Assembly: GCA_031401815.1 (NCBI GenBank)
Contig: JANNRW010000143.1
Span: 1 to 55,440 of the forward strand
DNA: 55,440 bases
DNA from: Geobacteraceae bacterium
GTDB taxonomy: Bacteria > Desulfobacterota > Desulfuromonadia > Geobacterales > DSM-12255
Direction of reading: 5' to 3'
Part shown: positions 39,860 through 48,673 of the stretch, piece by piece
Numbering within the stretch: position 1 is the stretch's first letter
Layout of the letters: every line of letters begins with the position of its first letter
The notes under the pieces: model-generated
The model's database searches: none
The model's input: the letters and a program-made list of their open reading frames with translations, nothing else
What the model was told of the DNA's origin: nothing
Program-made: the position numbers and the translations under genes

Positions 39860-40881
39860 TACGGGTTTTACTTGCAGATGATTCAATGCTTGTCAGGATG
39901 GTTTTGAGAGATGCCCTGAAAAGCGCTGAAGATATGATTGTTGTTGCTGAGGCAACCAATGGTGTCGAGGCAGTAGCGCAGACTGAACTGCACAAGCCCG
40001 ACATTGTCATCATGGATATACTGATGCCTGTCATGGGGGGTCTGGAGGCAACAGAAGCCATAATGGCCCGTTGTCCGGTTCCGATACTTATCCTGTCAGC
40101 AACGGTCAATGACACAGATCTGAACCTTGCGTTCACAGCCATCAAAAAAGGGGCTCTGGATGTCATGGGGAAACCATCCCTGAATACCCCTGACAACCAG
40201 CAGGGTTTTATTGACAAGCTGACAGAGAAGATCAGGCTTCTCTCCCGCATCAGGGTAATCCACCACATTCAAGGCACCAGGGAGCAACGCCCGCATACCG
40301 TTGCAGCCAAGCCTGACAGCACCCGCAATATACTTGCCATAGGTGCTTCTACCGGTGGGCCGAAAGCAGTCATGAGCATACTTAAAACGCTGCCTGCCAG
40401 TTTCAATGCAGCAGTTTTCATTGTGCAGCATATTTCGAGCGGTTTTGCCAAAGGATTTGCACAGTGGCTCAATATGGAGTGCTGTATCCCTGTGCGACTG
40501 GCTGAAGAGGGTGACAAGATACGTAATGGTGAGGTGCTGGTTGCTCCTACTGACCGCCATCTTCTGATCGAAAAAGGGGTCGTCAGATTTTCAGATGCCC
40601 CAGCTGTCAACTGTTGCCGCCCCTCCATAGATCTGTTTTTCAGCTCTCTGGTAACTGACTATGCCCCCCGGACAGCTGCGGTGCTCCTTACAGGGATGGG
40701 CAGGGATGGTGCAGAAGGACTGGCGGAGATAAAGGCGCATGGCGGCAGAACCATTGCCCAGGACGAAAAGTCTTCAGCAGTGTTCGGGATGCCAAAGGCC
40801 GCAATTGCCCTGAACGGAGCTGATGAAATACTCTCGCTCGAAGATATACCTGCCGCAATTTCACGCCTGTTTTCAAGTTAA
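39856..40881 (+). CDS. cheB: protein-glutamate methylesterase CheB
   Basis: REC (LLADDS, IMDILMP) plus an esterase domain with GASTGGP. The ATGA overlaps the cheA stop. Confidence 0.93.
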   Translation: MIRVLLADDSMLVRMVLRDALKSAEDMIVVAEATNGVEAVAQTELHKPDIVIMDILMPVMGGLEATEAIMARCPVPILILSATVNDTDLNLAFTAIKKGALDVMGKPSLNTPDNQQGFIDKLTEKIRLLSRIRVIHHIQGTREQRPHTVAAKPDSTRNILAIGASTGGPKAVMSILKTLPASFNAAVFIVQHISSGFAKGFAQWLNMECCIPVRLAEEGDKIRNGEVLVAPTDRHLLIEKGVVRFSDAPAVNCCRPSIDLFFSSLVTDYAPRTAAVLLTGMGRDGAEGLAEIKAHGGRTIAQDEKSSAVFGMPKAAIALNGADEILSLEDIPAAISRLFSS

Positions 40882-40892
40882 AGGAGAAACAT

Positions 40893-41267
40893 ATGTCAAA
40901 ACAGAAGATTCTGATAGTTGATGACAGCGAACTGGTTCTTGCAATGGCCAAAGATGCACTTATGGCTGCAGGCTATGAAGTCTTTACCGCAACAAACGGA
41001 ATAGAGGCAAACAGCTACATATTTTCAACCAACAGCCGACCGGATCTGATTATCCTCGATATTATGATGCCGCTGCTTGACGGAAACAAGAAGGCCAAGC
41101 TTCTGAAAGAGAAAGACTTCAGCAAGGATATTCCGATAATGTTCATCTCTTCCAAAACAGAAGAGGAACTGGAGAAACTGGTCGAGGAGTCAGGTGCCGA
41201 TGGATATATCTGCAAGCCGTTCACAAGCAGCGGCATTGTCAGCACTGTCCGCAAGGTACTGAAGTAG
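40893..41267 (+). CDS. cheY: single-domain response regulator (CheY-like)
   Basis: ILIVDDS, IILDIMMPLLDG, FISS and ICKP motifs; 124 aa. Confidence 0.88.
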   Translation: MSKQKILIVDDSELVLAMAKDALMAAGYEVFTATNGIEANSYIFSTNSRPDLIILDIMMPLLDGNKKAKLLKEKDFSKDIPIMFISSKTEEELEKLVEESGADGYICKPFTSSGIVSTVRKVLK

Positions 41268-41352
41268 CATGGAGCCGGTGTAAAATCTTCACATAACGAA
41301 GGGGTTGTGCTAAATTTTGTAAATTGTACATTTTCCCTTAGTGAGGATCGCC

Positions 41353-42834
41353 ATGCCGCTCAGAATCTACAACACCCTCTCCGCCGCAAAGGAAGAGTTC
41401 AGACCGCTTACTCCGGGCAAAGCAAGCATGTATGTCTGCGGAGTTACCGTCTACGACAACTGTCATATAGGACATGCCAGAGCAAATATTGCCTTCGATG
41501 TCGTTTACCGCTATCTCATTCACCTTGGCTACGACGTAACCTACGTCCGCAACTATACTGATATTGATGACAAGATCATCAACCGGGCCAATCAGGAGGG
41601 TGTAGAGTTTAACATCATCTCCGAGCGCTATATCAAGGCGTTCGACGAAGACATGGCACGCCTCAACCTTTCCCTGCCGACTCACCAGCCAAAAGCAACC
41701 GAATATGTTGCAGAGATAATCGCTCTGGTACAGACACTGATAAAAAAAGACGCGGCCTATGCTCTGGACGGCGATGTCTACTTCTGCGTTGAAAAGTTTG
41801 ACAGTTACCTGAAACTCTCCAAGCGGAGTCTGGAAGAGATGCAGGCTGGCGCCCGCATTGATGTTGATGAAAGAAAGCATCATCCTATGGACTTTGCTCT
41901 CTGGAAAGCAGCCAAACCGGGTGAACCATTCTGGACATCACCCTGGGGGGATGGCCGTCCCGGCTGGCATATAGAGTGCTCTGCAATGAGCATGCGCCTA
42001 TTGGGGGAGACTTTCGACATTCACGGCGGAGGCAAAGATCTCATCTTTCCTCACCACGAAAATGAAATCGCCCAGTCTGAGGCTGCAAGCGGCAAGCCTT
42101 TTGTCCGCTACTGGATGCACAACGGCTTTGTAAATATAAATGCGGAAAAAATGAGCAAGTCTCTCGGCAACTTCTTCACCATACGTGATGTTCTGGAGCG
42201 CTATGACGCCGAGATTCTCCGTTTTTTCCTCCTGTCAGCACACTATCGCTCACCGATAGATTTTTCCGATCAAAACCTTGCTGACGCCGAAGCAGGGCTT
42301 GACAGGATCTACACTGCACTTGCCGGAATTGATGAGCTGCTGGCAGGCAGGGAAGTGACAGCTGCAACTGAAATCAGCCCGGAATTGTCAGGAGAAGCAG
42401 AAATAGAGCTGCACGAAAAGCTTACGGCATTTCATACCCGTTTCACTGATGCAATGGACGATGATTTTAATACAGCACTGGCTATTGCCCATGTTTTTGA
42501 TCTTGTCCGTTCAGCGAACAGAGTTCTGGCGGAGAAAAGTGACCGGGCAACAACAGTTGCGCTTTTGCAGGGGGTGAAAGCGGAAGTTGGCAGAGTAGCA
42601 AGAGTGCTTGGGGTGATCAACTCCTTGCCGTCTGAATACCAGAGCCGGATAAAGTCACGCAAAAGCGCTGCACTGGCAATGTCGACAGAAGAGATTGAAA
42701 TGCTTGTAGCTGAGCGGAGTGACGCGAGAAAAGCACGGGACTTCAGGAAAAGCGACGAAATTCGCAACCTGCTGCTGTCAAACGGAATAGAACTGCTGGA
42801 CGGTTCCAGCGGGACAGAATGGCGTGTGAAGTAG
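41353..42834 (+). CDS. cysS: cysteine--tRNA ligase
   Basis: HIGH-type CHIGHAR and KMSKS motifs. The start is taken at MPLRIYNT. Confidence 0.96.
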   Translation: MPLRIYNTLSAAKEEFRPLTPGKASMYVCGVTVYDNCHIGHARANIAFDVVYRYLIHLGYDVTYVRNYTDIDDKIINRANQEGVEFNIISERYIKAFDEDMARLNLSLPTHQPKATEYVAEIIALVQTLIKKDAAYALDGDVYFCVEKFDSYLKLSKRSLEEMQAGARIDVDERKHHPMDFALWKAAKPGEPFWTSPWGDGRPGWHIECSAMSMRLLGETFDIHGGGKDLIFPHHENEIAQSEAASGKPFVRYWMHNGFVNINAEKMSKSLGNFFTIRDVLERYDAEILRFFLLSAHYRSPIDFSDQNLADAEAGLDRIYTALAGIDELLAGREVTAATEISPELSGEAEIELHEKLTAFHTRFTDAMDDDFNTALAIAHVFDLVRSANRVLAEKSDRATTVALLQGVKAEVGRVARVLGVINSLPSEYQSRIKSRKSAALAMSTEEIEMLVAERSDARKARDFRKSDEIRNLLLSNGIELLDGSSGTEWRVK

Positions 42835-42838
42835 TGGA

Positions 42839-44179
42839 TTAATCCTCAACAATCTCCCCGATAAGATCATAATCAGACGAATCAGTAATCTTCAGCTTGA
42901 CAATATCTCCGATATTGGCCTGCCCGGAAGTGATGTAGACCATCCCGTCAATATCCGGAGCCTGACGTGAGGAACGACCTTTGAGCAGCAGCTCTGTCTC
43001 ATCGCTAAGCCCCTCGACAATCACCTCTTCAATACTATCCATAAGCTTCCGGTTCCGCTTGAAAGAGAGCCTTGCCTGCAATTGCATAAGTTTTTTGTAG
43101 CGCTCCCGCTTGACCCTTTCCGATATCTGCTCCGGCATTAATGCAGCAGGAGTCCCTTCTTCCCTTGAATAGCAGAAAACACCCAGCCGGTCGAACTGCA
43201 CCTCCTCCACAAAATGGCAGAGCTTTTTGAAGTCCTCATCGGTTTCGCCTGGAAAACCTACTATCAGCGAGGTGCGCAGAGCGATTTCAGGGATTTCATC
43301 ACGCAGTTTCTTCACCAGAGTCCGGATCTGCGCTTCACTGCTGCGGCGGTTCATCCGGGAAAGCACCGGGTCGCTTATATGCTGGAGAGGGATGTCAAGA
43401 TAGTTGCAGATCTTCTCCTCGCTTTTGATCAGTTTTATCAGGCCATCTGTAATGCCATCCGGATAGGCGTAGAGGAGCCTTATCCAGCGAAGTCCCGCAA
43501 TCTTCACAAGCTCGGCCAGAAGCAGTTCAAGATTGATCTCACCAGAGAGGTCGCTGCCGTAAACCGTAATATCCTGCGCAATCAGGTTCAGCTCTTTCAC
43601 CCCTCCGCCGACGAGGCGACGCGCCTCCTCCAGAACAAGATTAATTGGACGTGACCTAAATCCTCCCCTCAGGGAGGGGATAACGCAGTATGAACAGCAG
43701 TTGGAGCACCCCTCGGCAATCTTCAGGTAAGAGTAATATTTGGGAGAGGAGTGCATCCGGGGCATCTCAACGTCATAAAGATAATTCGGATCGCCGATAT
43801 ATCGGAGCTGCCCTTCAGTGCCCTTTTTTTCTGCGATTATCTCGGCAATTTTCGGATAATCGCCAGTACCGACAAAAATATCGACTTCCGGCAGCTCCCT
43901 CGATAACTCTTCCTGGTAACGCTGAGGCAGACAGCCGGTCACCACAAGCAGACGACAACGGGCATCATGCTTCCGGTCGGCCAGATCGAGAATAGTGTCG
44001 ATACTCTCCTGCTTTGCTTCCTTGATAAACGAGCAGGTATTGACAATAATGATGTCAGCCTGATGTTCATCAGTGGTTATTTCAAACCCTTCCTTACCCA
44101 GATAGCCGAGCATAACCTCAGCATCAACAAGATTCTTGGGGCAGCCAAGGCTTATCATGCTCACTTTTTCTCTGCTCAT
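42839..44179 (-). CDS. rimO: ribosomal protein S12 methylthiotransferase
   Basis: MTTase N-domain SLGCPKN, radical-SAM CSNCCSYC and a C-terminal TRAM domain. Confidence 0.92.
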   Translation of the reverse strand: MSREKVSMISLGCPKNLVDAEVMLGYLGKEGFEITTDEHQADIIIVNTCSFIKEAKQESIDTILDLADRKHDARCRLLVVTGCLPQRYQEELSRELPEVDIFVGTGDYPKIAEIIAEKKGTEGQLRYIGDPNYLYDVEMPRMHSSPKYYSYLKIAEGCSNCCSYCVIPSLRGGFRSRPINLVLEEARRLVGGGVKELNLIAQDITVYGSDLSGEINLELLLAELVKIAGLRWIRLLYAYPDGITDGLIKLIKSEEKICNYLDIPLQHISDPVLSRMNRRSSEAQIRTLVKKLRDEIPEIALRTSLIVGFPGETDEDFKKLCHFVEEVQFDRLGVFCYSREEGTPAALMPEQISERVKRERYKKLMQLQARLSFKRNRKLMDSIEEVIVEGLSDETELLLKGRSSRQAPDIDGMVYITSGQANIGDIVKLKITDSSDYDLIGEIVED

Positions 44180-44479
44180 GTATATCTAACCTCTCAATTT
44201 GTATGGCCATGGTGTTAATGAACAGACGAAGAGATACCCGAAAAGGTCGAAAACGGCAAGAAGATTATAAATGATATCCTGAATCGTTCTGCAAAAAAGC
44301 TTAAGAGGTTTACGGCGAGTCTAGGATGCTAGCCTCCTAAGTATTGTTTCCAGGCCGCTTTCTGGCCCTAGCCGGACGGCACCATCCTTGATCTGACCCG
44401 GCGGCTCCGCAGCTGTTTTCCTGCCTGCAAGGGGTTGAAGGAGAAGCGAAGAAGAAGTGAAGTTCAGATGAGAAGGTAA

Positions 44480-44508
44480 TTGACTTTAATGTTAGAATAG
44501 CGTACTAA
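44480..44508 (+). promoter_or_regulatory. candidate promoter (TTGACT-17-TACTAA; also extended -10 TGtTAGAAT at 44490-44498)
   Basis: Motif inspection only. It lies about 100 nt upstream of the terminator at 44599-44643. Confidence 0.3.
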
Positions 44509-44598
44509 CTCTGCATAATCTTGGATGATTTTGCGCTTTATAATGATGATTTAATGAGGTTGAAATGGCAGCCTGTTTTTTGATTTGATCGATGAATG

Positions 44599-44643
44599 AA
44601 AGCCGCTCTGATCAGTATGTTTGCTGATGGAGCGGCTTTTTTA
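44599..44643 (+). terminator. rho-independent terminator immediately upstream of the PIN gene
   Basis: AAGCCGCTC-...-GAGCGGCTT stem followed by TTTTTT. Confidence 0.7.
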
Positions 44644-44700
44644 TTGCAGCTCGATAAACAAAGAATAACACGCAGTGTTCCGCCCCGGGAGGATTAACGG

Positions 44701-45141
44701 ATGAAACGAACCATCTATATCGAAACTACCGTTATCAGCTACTATGTTGCAAGGCCAAGCCGCGATCTGTTGATTGCCGGACACCAGGAAGCCACCCATG
44801 AACTGTGGCCCAGGCTGCTCAATGAATACGAGCCCTTCATATCGGCTTTGGTATTTGAAGAGGCTCGTAAGGGAGACCCGGAGCAGTCACAGAAACGGCT
44901 TACGGCAATTGAATCATTTCAAATGCTTGCTATAACAGATGAAGCTATGCAACTAGCGGAAGAAATAATCAGGTTGAAAGGTGTCCCGGAACAATACCCG
45001 GAGGATGCCTTGCATCTGGCCGTAGCTGCCGCCAATGGGATTGATCTCATTGTTACTTGGAATTTCGCCCACCTGAATAACCCGTTTACCCGCATTAAAG
45101 TACGGCGTATTATTGAGCAAAGCGGCTACCGCTGCCCCTAA
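44701..45141 (+). CDS. PIN-domain (VapC-like) putative toxin
   Basis: YIETTVISY, FEEA, DALHLAVAA and TWNFAHL acidic/conserved positions of a PIN fold. The RBS GGGAGG lies upstream. Confidence 0.7.
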   Translation: MKRTIYIETTVISYYVARPSRDLLIAGHQEATHELWPRLLNEYEPFISALVFEEARKGDPEQSQKRLTAIESFQMLAITDEAMQLAEEIIRLKGVPEQYPEDALHLAVAAANGIDLIVTWNFAHLNNPFTRIKVRRIIEQSGYRCP

Positions 45142-45176
45142 CTCACATCACCCGAAGAGTTGTTGGAGGTCGAATC

Positions 45177-45491
45177 ATGATAGACCCAATTGTTGAAGAA
45201 GTAAGAATAGCCCGCATGGAGCATACCTTGAGGTTTAATGGCGACCTGAAAGCCATCTGTGCTGACCTGCAAGCCGTTCAGAAGGCCTCCGGGCATCAGA
45301 TAGTGTCATTACCACCGATAACACCGGAAGAAACCGGCATGAATGGGGGGCTGACCGAGGCGCGTTACCAGAAATTGGTGGCCGAAGCCGAGGAGGCGTA
45401 TGTCGCTCGGGTGAAGGCATCACTTGAGGATGGGGGAAAGTCATTAAGGGTCGGAAAGTCATTAAGGGTCGCGTCTCCAAAAATCAAATAG
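45177..45491 (+). CDS. small partner protein of the PIN gene (putative antitoxin, encoded downstream of the toxin)
   Basis: IVEEVRIARMEHTLRFNGDLKAICADL resembles small proteins commonly paired with this PIN type (from memory). It contains a perfect 18-bp tandem duplication at 45435-45470. Confidence 0.5.
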   Translation: MIDPIVEEVRIARMEHTLRFNGDLKAICADLQAVQKASGHQIVSLPPITPEETGMNGGLTEARYQKLVAEAEEAYVARVKASLEDGGKSLRVGKSLRVASPKIK

Positions 45492-45510
45492 CAACTGAAT
45501 ACAGGAATCC

Positions 45511-46031
45511 ATGAAAGAAAAAAACTCCAAATCCGCAATAGCACCGCCGAGTTCCTGATCTTCACCAATCAGGCGGGCGAAAGCACCATAGAGGTGCGTG
45601 TCGAGGATGAAACTGTCTGGCTGACACAAAAGCTGATGTCTGCACTGTTCGAAGTGGATGTGCGCACCATCAATGAACACTTGGGGAATATCTATGAAAA
45701 TGTTGAGCAACACCGTGAGGCAACTATCCGGAAATTCCGGATAGTTCAAAAAGAGGGGAACCGGGAGGTGGCGCGGAATCTGGATTTCTACAGCCTCGAT
45801 GCCATCATTGCCGTGGGGTTCCGGGTGAACTCCTTACGTGCAGTGCAGTTCCGGCAGTGGGCGACGGGCGTGTTGCGCGACTTTGCTATTCGCGGCTATG
45901 TGCTGGACAAGGAGCGGCTTTAAAACGGCTCCTTTTTCAACAAGGAGTATTTCGACAACCTGCTGACTGAAATCCGCGAGATTCGCGCCAGCGAACGGAA
46001 GTTCTACCAGAAGACCACCGATATCTATTAA
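45511..46031 (+). pseudogene. RhuM-family gene remnant (frameshifted, nonsense-interrupted, 3'-truncated)
   Basis: ATG 45511 is out of frame with the RhuM-like reading frame because of an A7 run at 45518-45524. There is an in-frame TAA at 45921-45923 within ...LDKERL*NGSFFNKEYFDNLL.... The homology ends at DIY (46028), about half the usual length. Confidence 0.75.
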
Positions 46032-46044
46032 AAAGGAGACCCCT

Positions 46045-46560
46045 ATGCCCCAAACTAACCCTCTCAAACGTTTCCGCTCTTACGAAATCTACTCGCAGTT
46101 AACAGGTCTTGAGATAAGTGCGGCAATCAAGACCAGTGAAGAGCAAGGGTCAATCACAGAGCGCTCCGGAAGGATACACCTCCGTTTTTTCAAGCTTGCT
46201 CCGAAAACAAAACCTGATGAGCTGACCCAGATTCGCTTTATCTGTGAGCCGGACGAAGCTTTTGATCTGGCGCTCAAGATTGGCCAGATTGGAAGTTCAG
46301 CTGTCGCTTGCAAGGAAAAACTAAATCCGCACAAGTTTTCTTCCGTAGGGCAAGGTGGGGAAATTGTCACGAGCCTCACAGTCGAGAAGTGGGAAAGGGG
46401 CGGCAAGAGCGGTTACGCCCTGACAGTTGGACGCGGAAAGGATTTTATCAGTGTGCCGATGCCGCTTGCCAAGCTTCTTTTCGCAGGCGAATTTTTGCGG
46501 GTGCTGTCAACTGAGCAGTGCTGGGTGGAACGGGCAGAAAAGAGAGCTCAAATAAATTAG
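46045..46560 (+). CDS. hypothetical protein (171 aa), no recognised family
   Basis: Strong RBS AAGGAGA 7 nt upstream of the ATG. It starts 14 nt after the RhuM remnant ends. Confidence 0.5.
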   Translation: MPQTNPLKRFRSYEIYSQLTGLEISAAIKTSEEQGSITERSGRIHLRFFKLAPKTKPDELTQIRFICEPDEAFDLALKIGQIGSSAVACKEKLNPHKFSSVGQGGEIVTSLTVEKWERGGKSGYALTVGRGKDFISVPMPLAKLLFAGEFLRVLSTEQCWVERAEKRAQIN

Positions 46561-46654
46561 TAGTTTGACTTATGTAGAACAAAGGTGTTACTGTCAGTTA
46601 GATCCTGCGTGAGGCAGGACAAAAACAACAGGAAGTTTAGGAGAAAGAACACAA

Positions 46655-46855
46655 ATGGTAAACGGAACAGTAAAATGGTTTAACGACAGCAAGGGCTTTG
46701 GTTTTCTCGAGCAGGAAAATGGAGAAGATGTATTTTGTCATTTCTCCGCAATCGGAGGTGACGGATTCAAATCCCTTGCTGAAGGTGATAGAGTTACGTT
46801 TGAAGTGACAAAGGGTCCGAAAGGGCTTCAAGCCGCGAACGTAACCAGGATCTAG
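46655..46855 (+). CDS. csp: cold-shock protein (CspA family)
   Basis: [11 protein letters not shown] (RNP1) and VFCHFS (RNP2-like); 66 aa. Confidence 0.95.
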   Translation: MVNGTVKWFNDSKGFGFLEQENGEDVFCHFSAIGGDGFKSLAEGDRVTFEVTKGPKGLQAANVTRI

Positions 46856-46879
46856 TCCTCCTTGTTAACGGACTCACAA

Positions 46880-46907
46880 GCCCCGGGAGAACCCCGGGGC
46901 TTTTTTT
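46880..46907 (+). terminator. rho-independent terminator of csp
   Basis: GCCCCGGG-agaac-CCCGGGGC followed by TTTTTTT. Confidence 0.85.
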
Positions 46908-47006
46908 GTCCGGGACTCCAGTTATCAGCCCTCATCAGAGATGGACTACACTTAACTTTCTTTCTGTTTCTACCCGACCAATTCCACTTGTACAGGAGAA
47001 CCTGCA

Positions 47007-47159
47007 ATGGCAAAACCAAATTTTCAGTTTCAGAAACGACAAAAAGAGTTGGAACGAAAGAAAAAAAACGAAGAGAAACTTCTGCGCAAACAGACTAAAC
47101 CCGAAATGACCCCGGATGAGTCAGAGGTAATATCTCCATTGGCAGAGCAGCCTCTCTGA
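47007..47159 (+). CDS. small Lys/Glu-rich protein (50 aa), below the ORF-track size cutoff
   Basis: AGGAGA RBS 7 nt upstream of the ATG. MAKPNFQFQKRQKELERKKKNEEKLLRKQ... The overlapping track ORFs in other frames lack an RBS. Confidence 0.45.
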   Translation: MAKPNFQFQKRQKELERKKKNEEKLLRKQTKPEMTPDESEVISPLAEQPL

Positions 47160-47263
47160 TAAACCTGAATGCCCGGTTTTCCTGGTTGTCTGAATACCAT
47201 CTCCCATTGAGCCATCCGGGTATCTTCTGTCATGTAACAACTCAAAACTGCAAGGATCAGATA

Positions 47264-47701
47264 ATGAACAAGCCGGCTTCAGCAGGAAGTAATATTGAAA
47301 CGCGATGCACCCGCTGTCGTGAAATACTGAATCACACTATTGTTGCCATGGTAGGAGAAAAGATTGTTCGAGTAGAGTGCAACACCTGCCATGGGACGCA
47401 CAACTACCACCCTGTCAAGCCTGTCAAAGAGCCGGTTACCGCCAATACTACAGAAAAAAAACCAGTTAAGCCCCGAAAGAGTAAAATCGACCCAGTGGCA
47501 GCCGAGCGCGCTGAATGGGCTGAACTTCATCCAAAAATGAATCCTGAGAAAGCAATCCCTTACGATATGAACAGGGCTTACCGGGTAAAAAATCTGCTGC
47601 TTCACTCTTTTTTCGGACTCGGCATTGTGCAACTGGTTCTCCCTTCAAACAAGATAGAGGTTCTATTTCAGGATGGGAAGAAACGGCTCCGTTCCGGGTA
47701 A
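47264..47701 (+). CDS. zinc-ribbon protein with C-terminal Tudor/DUF3553-like segment
   Basis: CTRC...CNTC zinc ribbon. The C-terminal VKNLLLHSFFGLGIVQLV...IEVLFQDGKKRL resembles small beta-barrel domains. The start is taken at MNKPAS after AAGGA. Confidence 0.55.
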   Translation: MNKPASAGSNIETRCTRCREILNHTIVAMVGEKIVRVECNTCHGTHNYHPVKPVKEPVTANTTEKKPVKPRKSKIDPVAAERAEWAELHPKMNPEKAIPYDMNRAYRVKNLLLHSFFGLGIVQLVLPSNKIEVLFQDGKKRLRSG

Positions 47702-47728
47702 AGCTGTTTTATTCAAAAACGGCAGTGC

Positions 47729-47864
47729 GCCACAGATGCTCTGAGACACAGAGGAAAGCAGATAGCTTTTTTGTATTCAAAGCATAAGCTTAAAGGTGTA
47801 AATAGAGTTGAACCACTTTTTATACTCTAACTCTTTGTAATGCTTAACTCCGTGTCTCAGTGGC
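47729..47864. repeat. family D inverted-repeat pair without enclosed gene (copy 2)
   Basis: gccacagatgctCTGAGACACAGAGgaaag ... aaCTCCGTGTCTCAGtggc. The arms are separated by ~85 bp of AT-rich sequence. Confidence 0.55.
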
Positions 47865-48055
47865 AAATGCTTTCCCCAGGTTTATGCAACTTACCGGTTT
47901 TACACTCCATTCTCTGCGCCTCTGCGGTTCAAATGATTACAGGTTCTACTCTTCCAATTGCAAAAAAAAATCGATCCCAATATATCTTTTCTCCAACACC
48001 TGAAGCAAAAATCCTGCTATGTTTGTCAAAATTATACAAAGGAGAACGGGATAAC

Positions 48056-48673
48056 ATGTTCGGACTAATTCCCAAAGAAGAGCAGTTTTTCAAAATGTTT
48101 CAGGAGATGGGCGAAATCATAGTTACCGGTGCCAAGCAACTCAAGAATATGCTTGATGACTTCAGCGATCCGGTTGCAAGTCAGCGGGCGATCAAGGATA
48201 CCGAGCACCGTGGAGATGTCCAGACCCACGACATTATAAAAAAGCTGAACAAGAGCTTCATCACCCCGTTTGACCGGGAAGACATATACTCTCTGGCATC
48301 TGCGCTGGATGATATTCTTGACCTGATCGACGGCTCTGCCCAGCGTCTGGTAATGTACAACGTAGAGGCATCCACACCCGAGGCAAAGGAGCTTGCCTTC
48401 CTCATCCTTCAGGGTGCTGAAGCTATTAACAGGGCGCTCCATGTCATGGGGGGGAAACTTGAACCGATTGCTGAATTCTGCGTTCAGGTGAATGCCTTGG
48501 AAAACGAGGCTGACAGAGTCTGTCGCGAGGCTGTGAGCCGCCTGTTTGACGAGGAAAAAGACCCTATTCAGCTTATCAAGTGGAAAGAGATTTACGAAAC
48601 CCTGGAGAAGGCGACAGACAAGTGTGAAGATGCTGCAAATATTCTTGAAAGCGTGGTGCTGAAAAATGCTTGA
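48056..48673 (+). CDS. DUF47 / PhoU-like phosphate-transport accessory protein
   Basis: MFGLIPKEEQFF...TPFDREDI...ENEADR pattern. ATG 48056 follows AAGGAGA. The long ORF-track N-terminal extension is rejected. Confidence 0.8.
   Translation: MFGLIPKEEQFFKMFQEMGEIIVTGAKQLKNMLDDFSDPVASQRAIKDTEHRGDVQTHDIIKKLNKSFITPFDREDIYSLASALDDILDLIDGSAQRLVMYNVEASTPEAKELAFLILQGAEAINRALHVMGGKLEPIAEFCVQVNALENEADRVCREAVSRLFDEEKDPIQLIKWKEIYETLEKATDKCEDAANILESVVLKNA

Noticed and set aside
42835-42838. Only 4 nt separate the convergent stop codons of cysS and rimO, with no terminator.
   Set aside because: This is real but unremarkable on its own. It implies overlapping 3' ends, which is common in compact genomes.
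44320-44440. Possible SRP (4.5S) or 6S RNA in the rimO upstream region; the minus strand reads GGGTCAGATCAAGGATGGTGCCGTCC.
   Set aside because: It does not match the conserved SRP helix-8 core (GGUCCGGAAGGAAGCAGCC), and I could not draw a convincing closed structure. It is left as unassigned intergenic sequence.
44520-44600. Type III toxin-antitoxin style RNA repeat array upstream of the PIN gene.
   Set aside because: Only short GATGA(T)TT words recur. There are no tandem repeats of ~30-40 nt, and the downstream toxin is a PIN domain rather than a ToxN/AbiQ-type nuclease.
47840-48055. 72-codon N-terminal extension of the DUF47 gene in the ORF track.
   Set aside because: The extension translates the family D repeat arm and AT-rich spacer. 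DUF47 homology and a strong RBS begin at ATG 48056.
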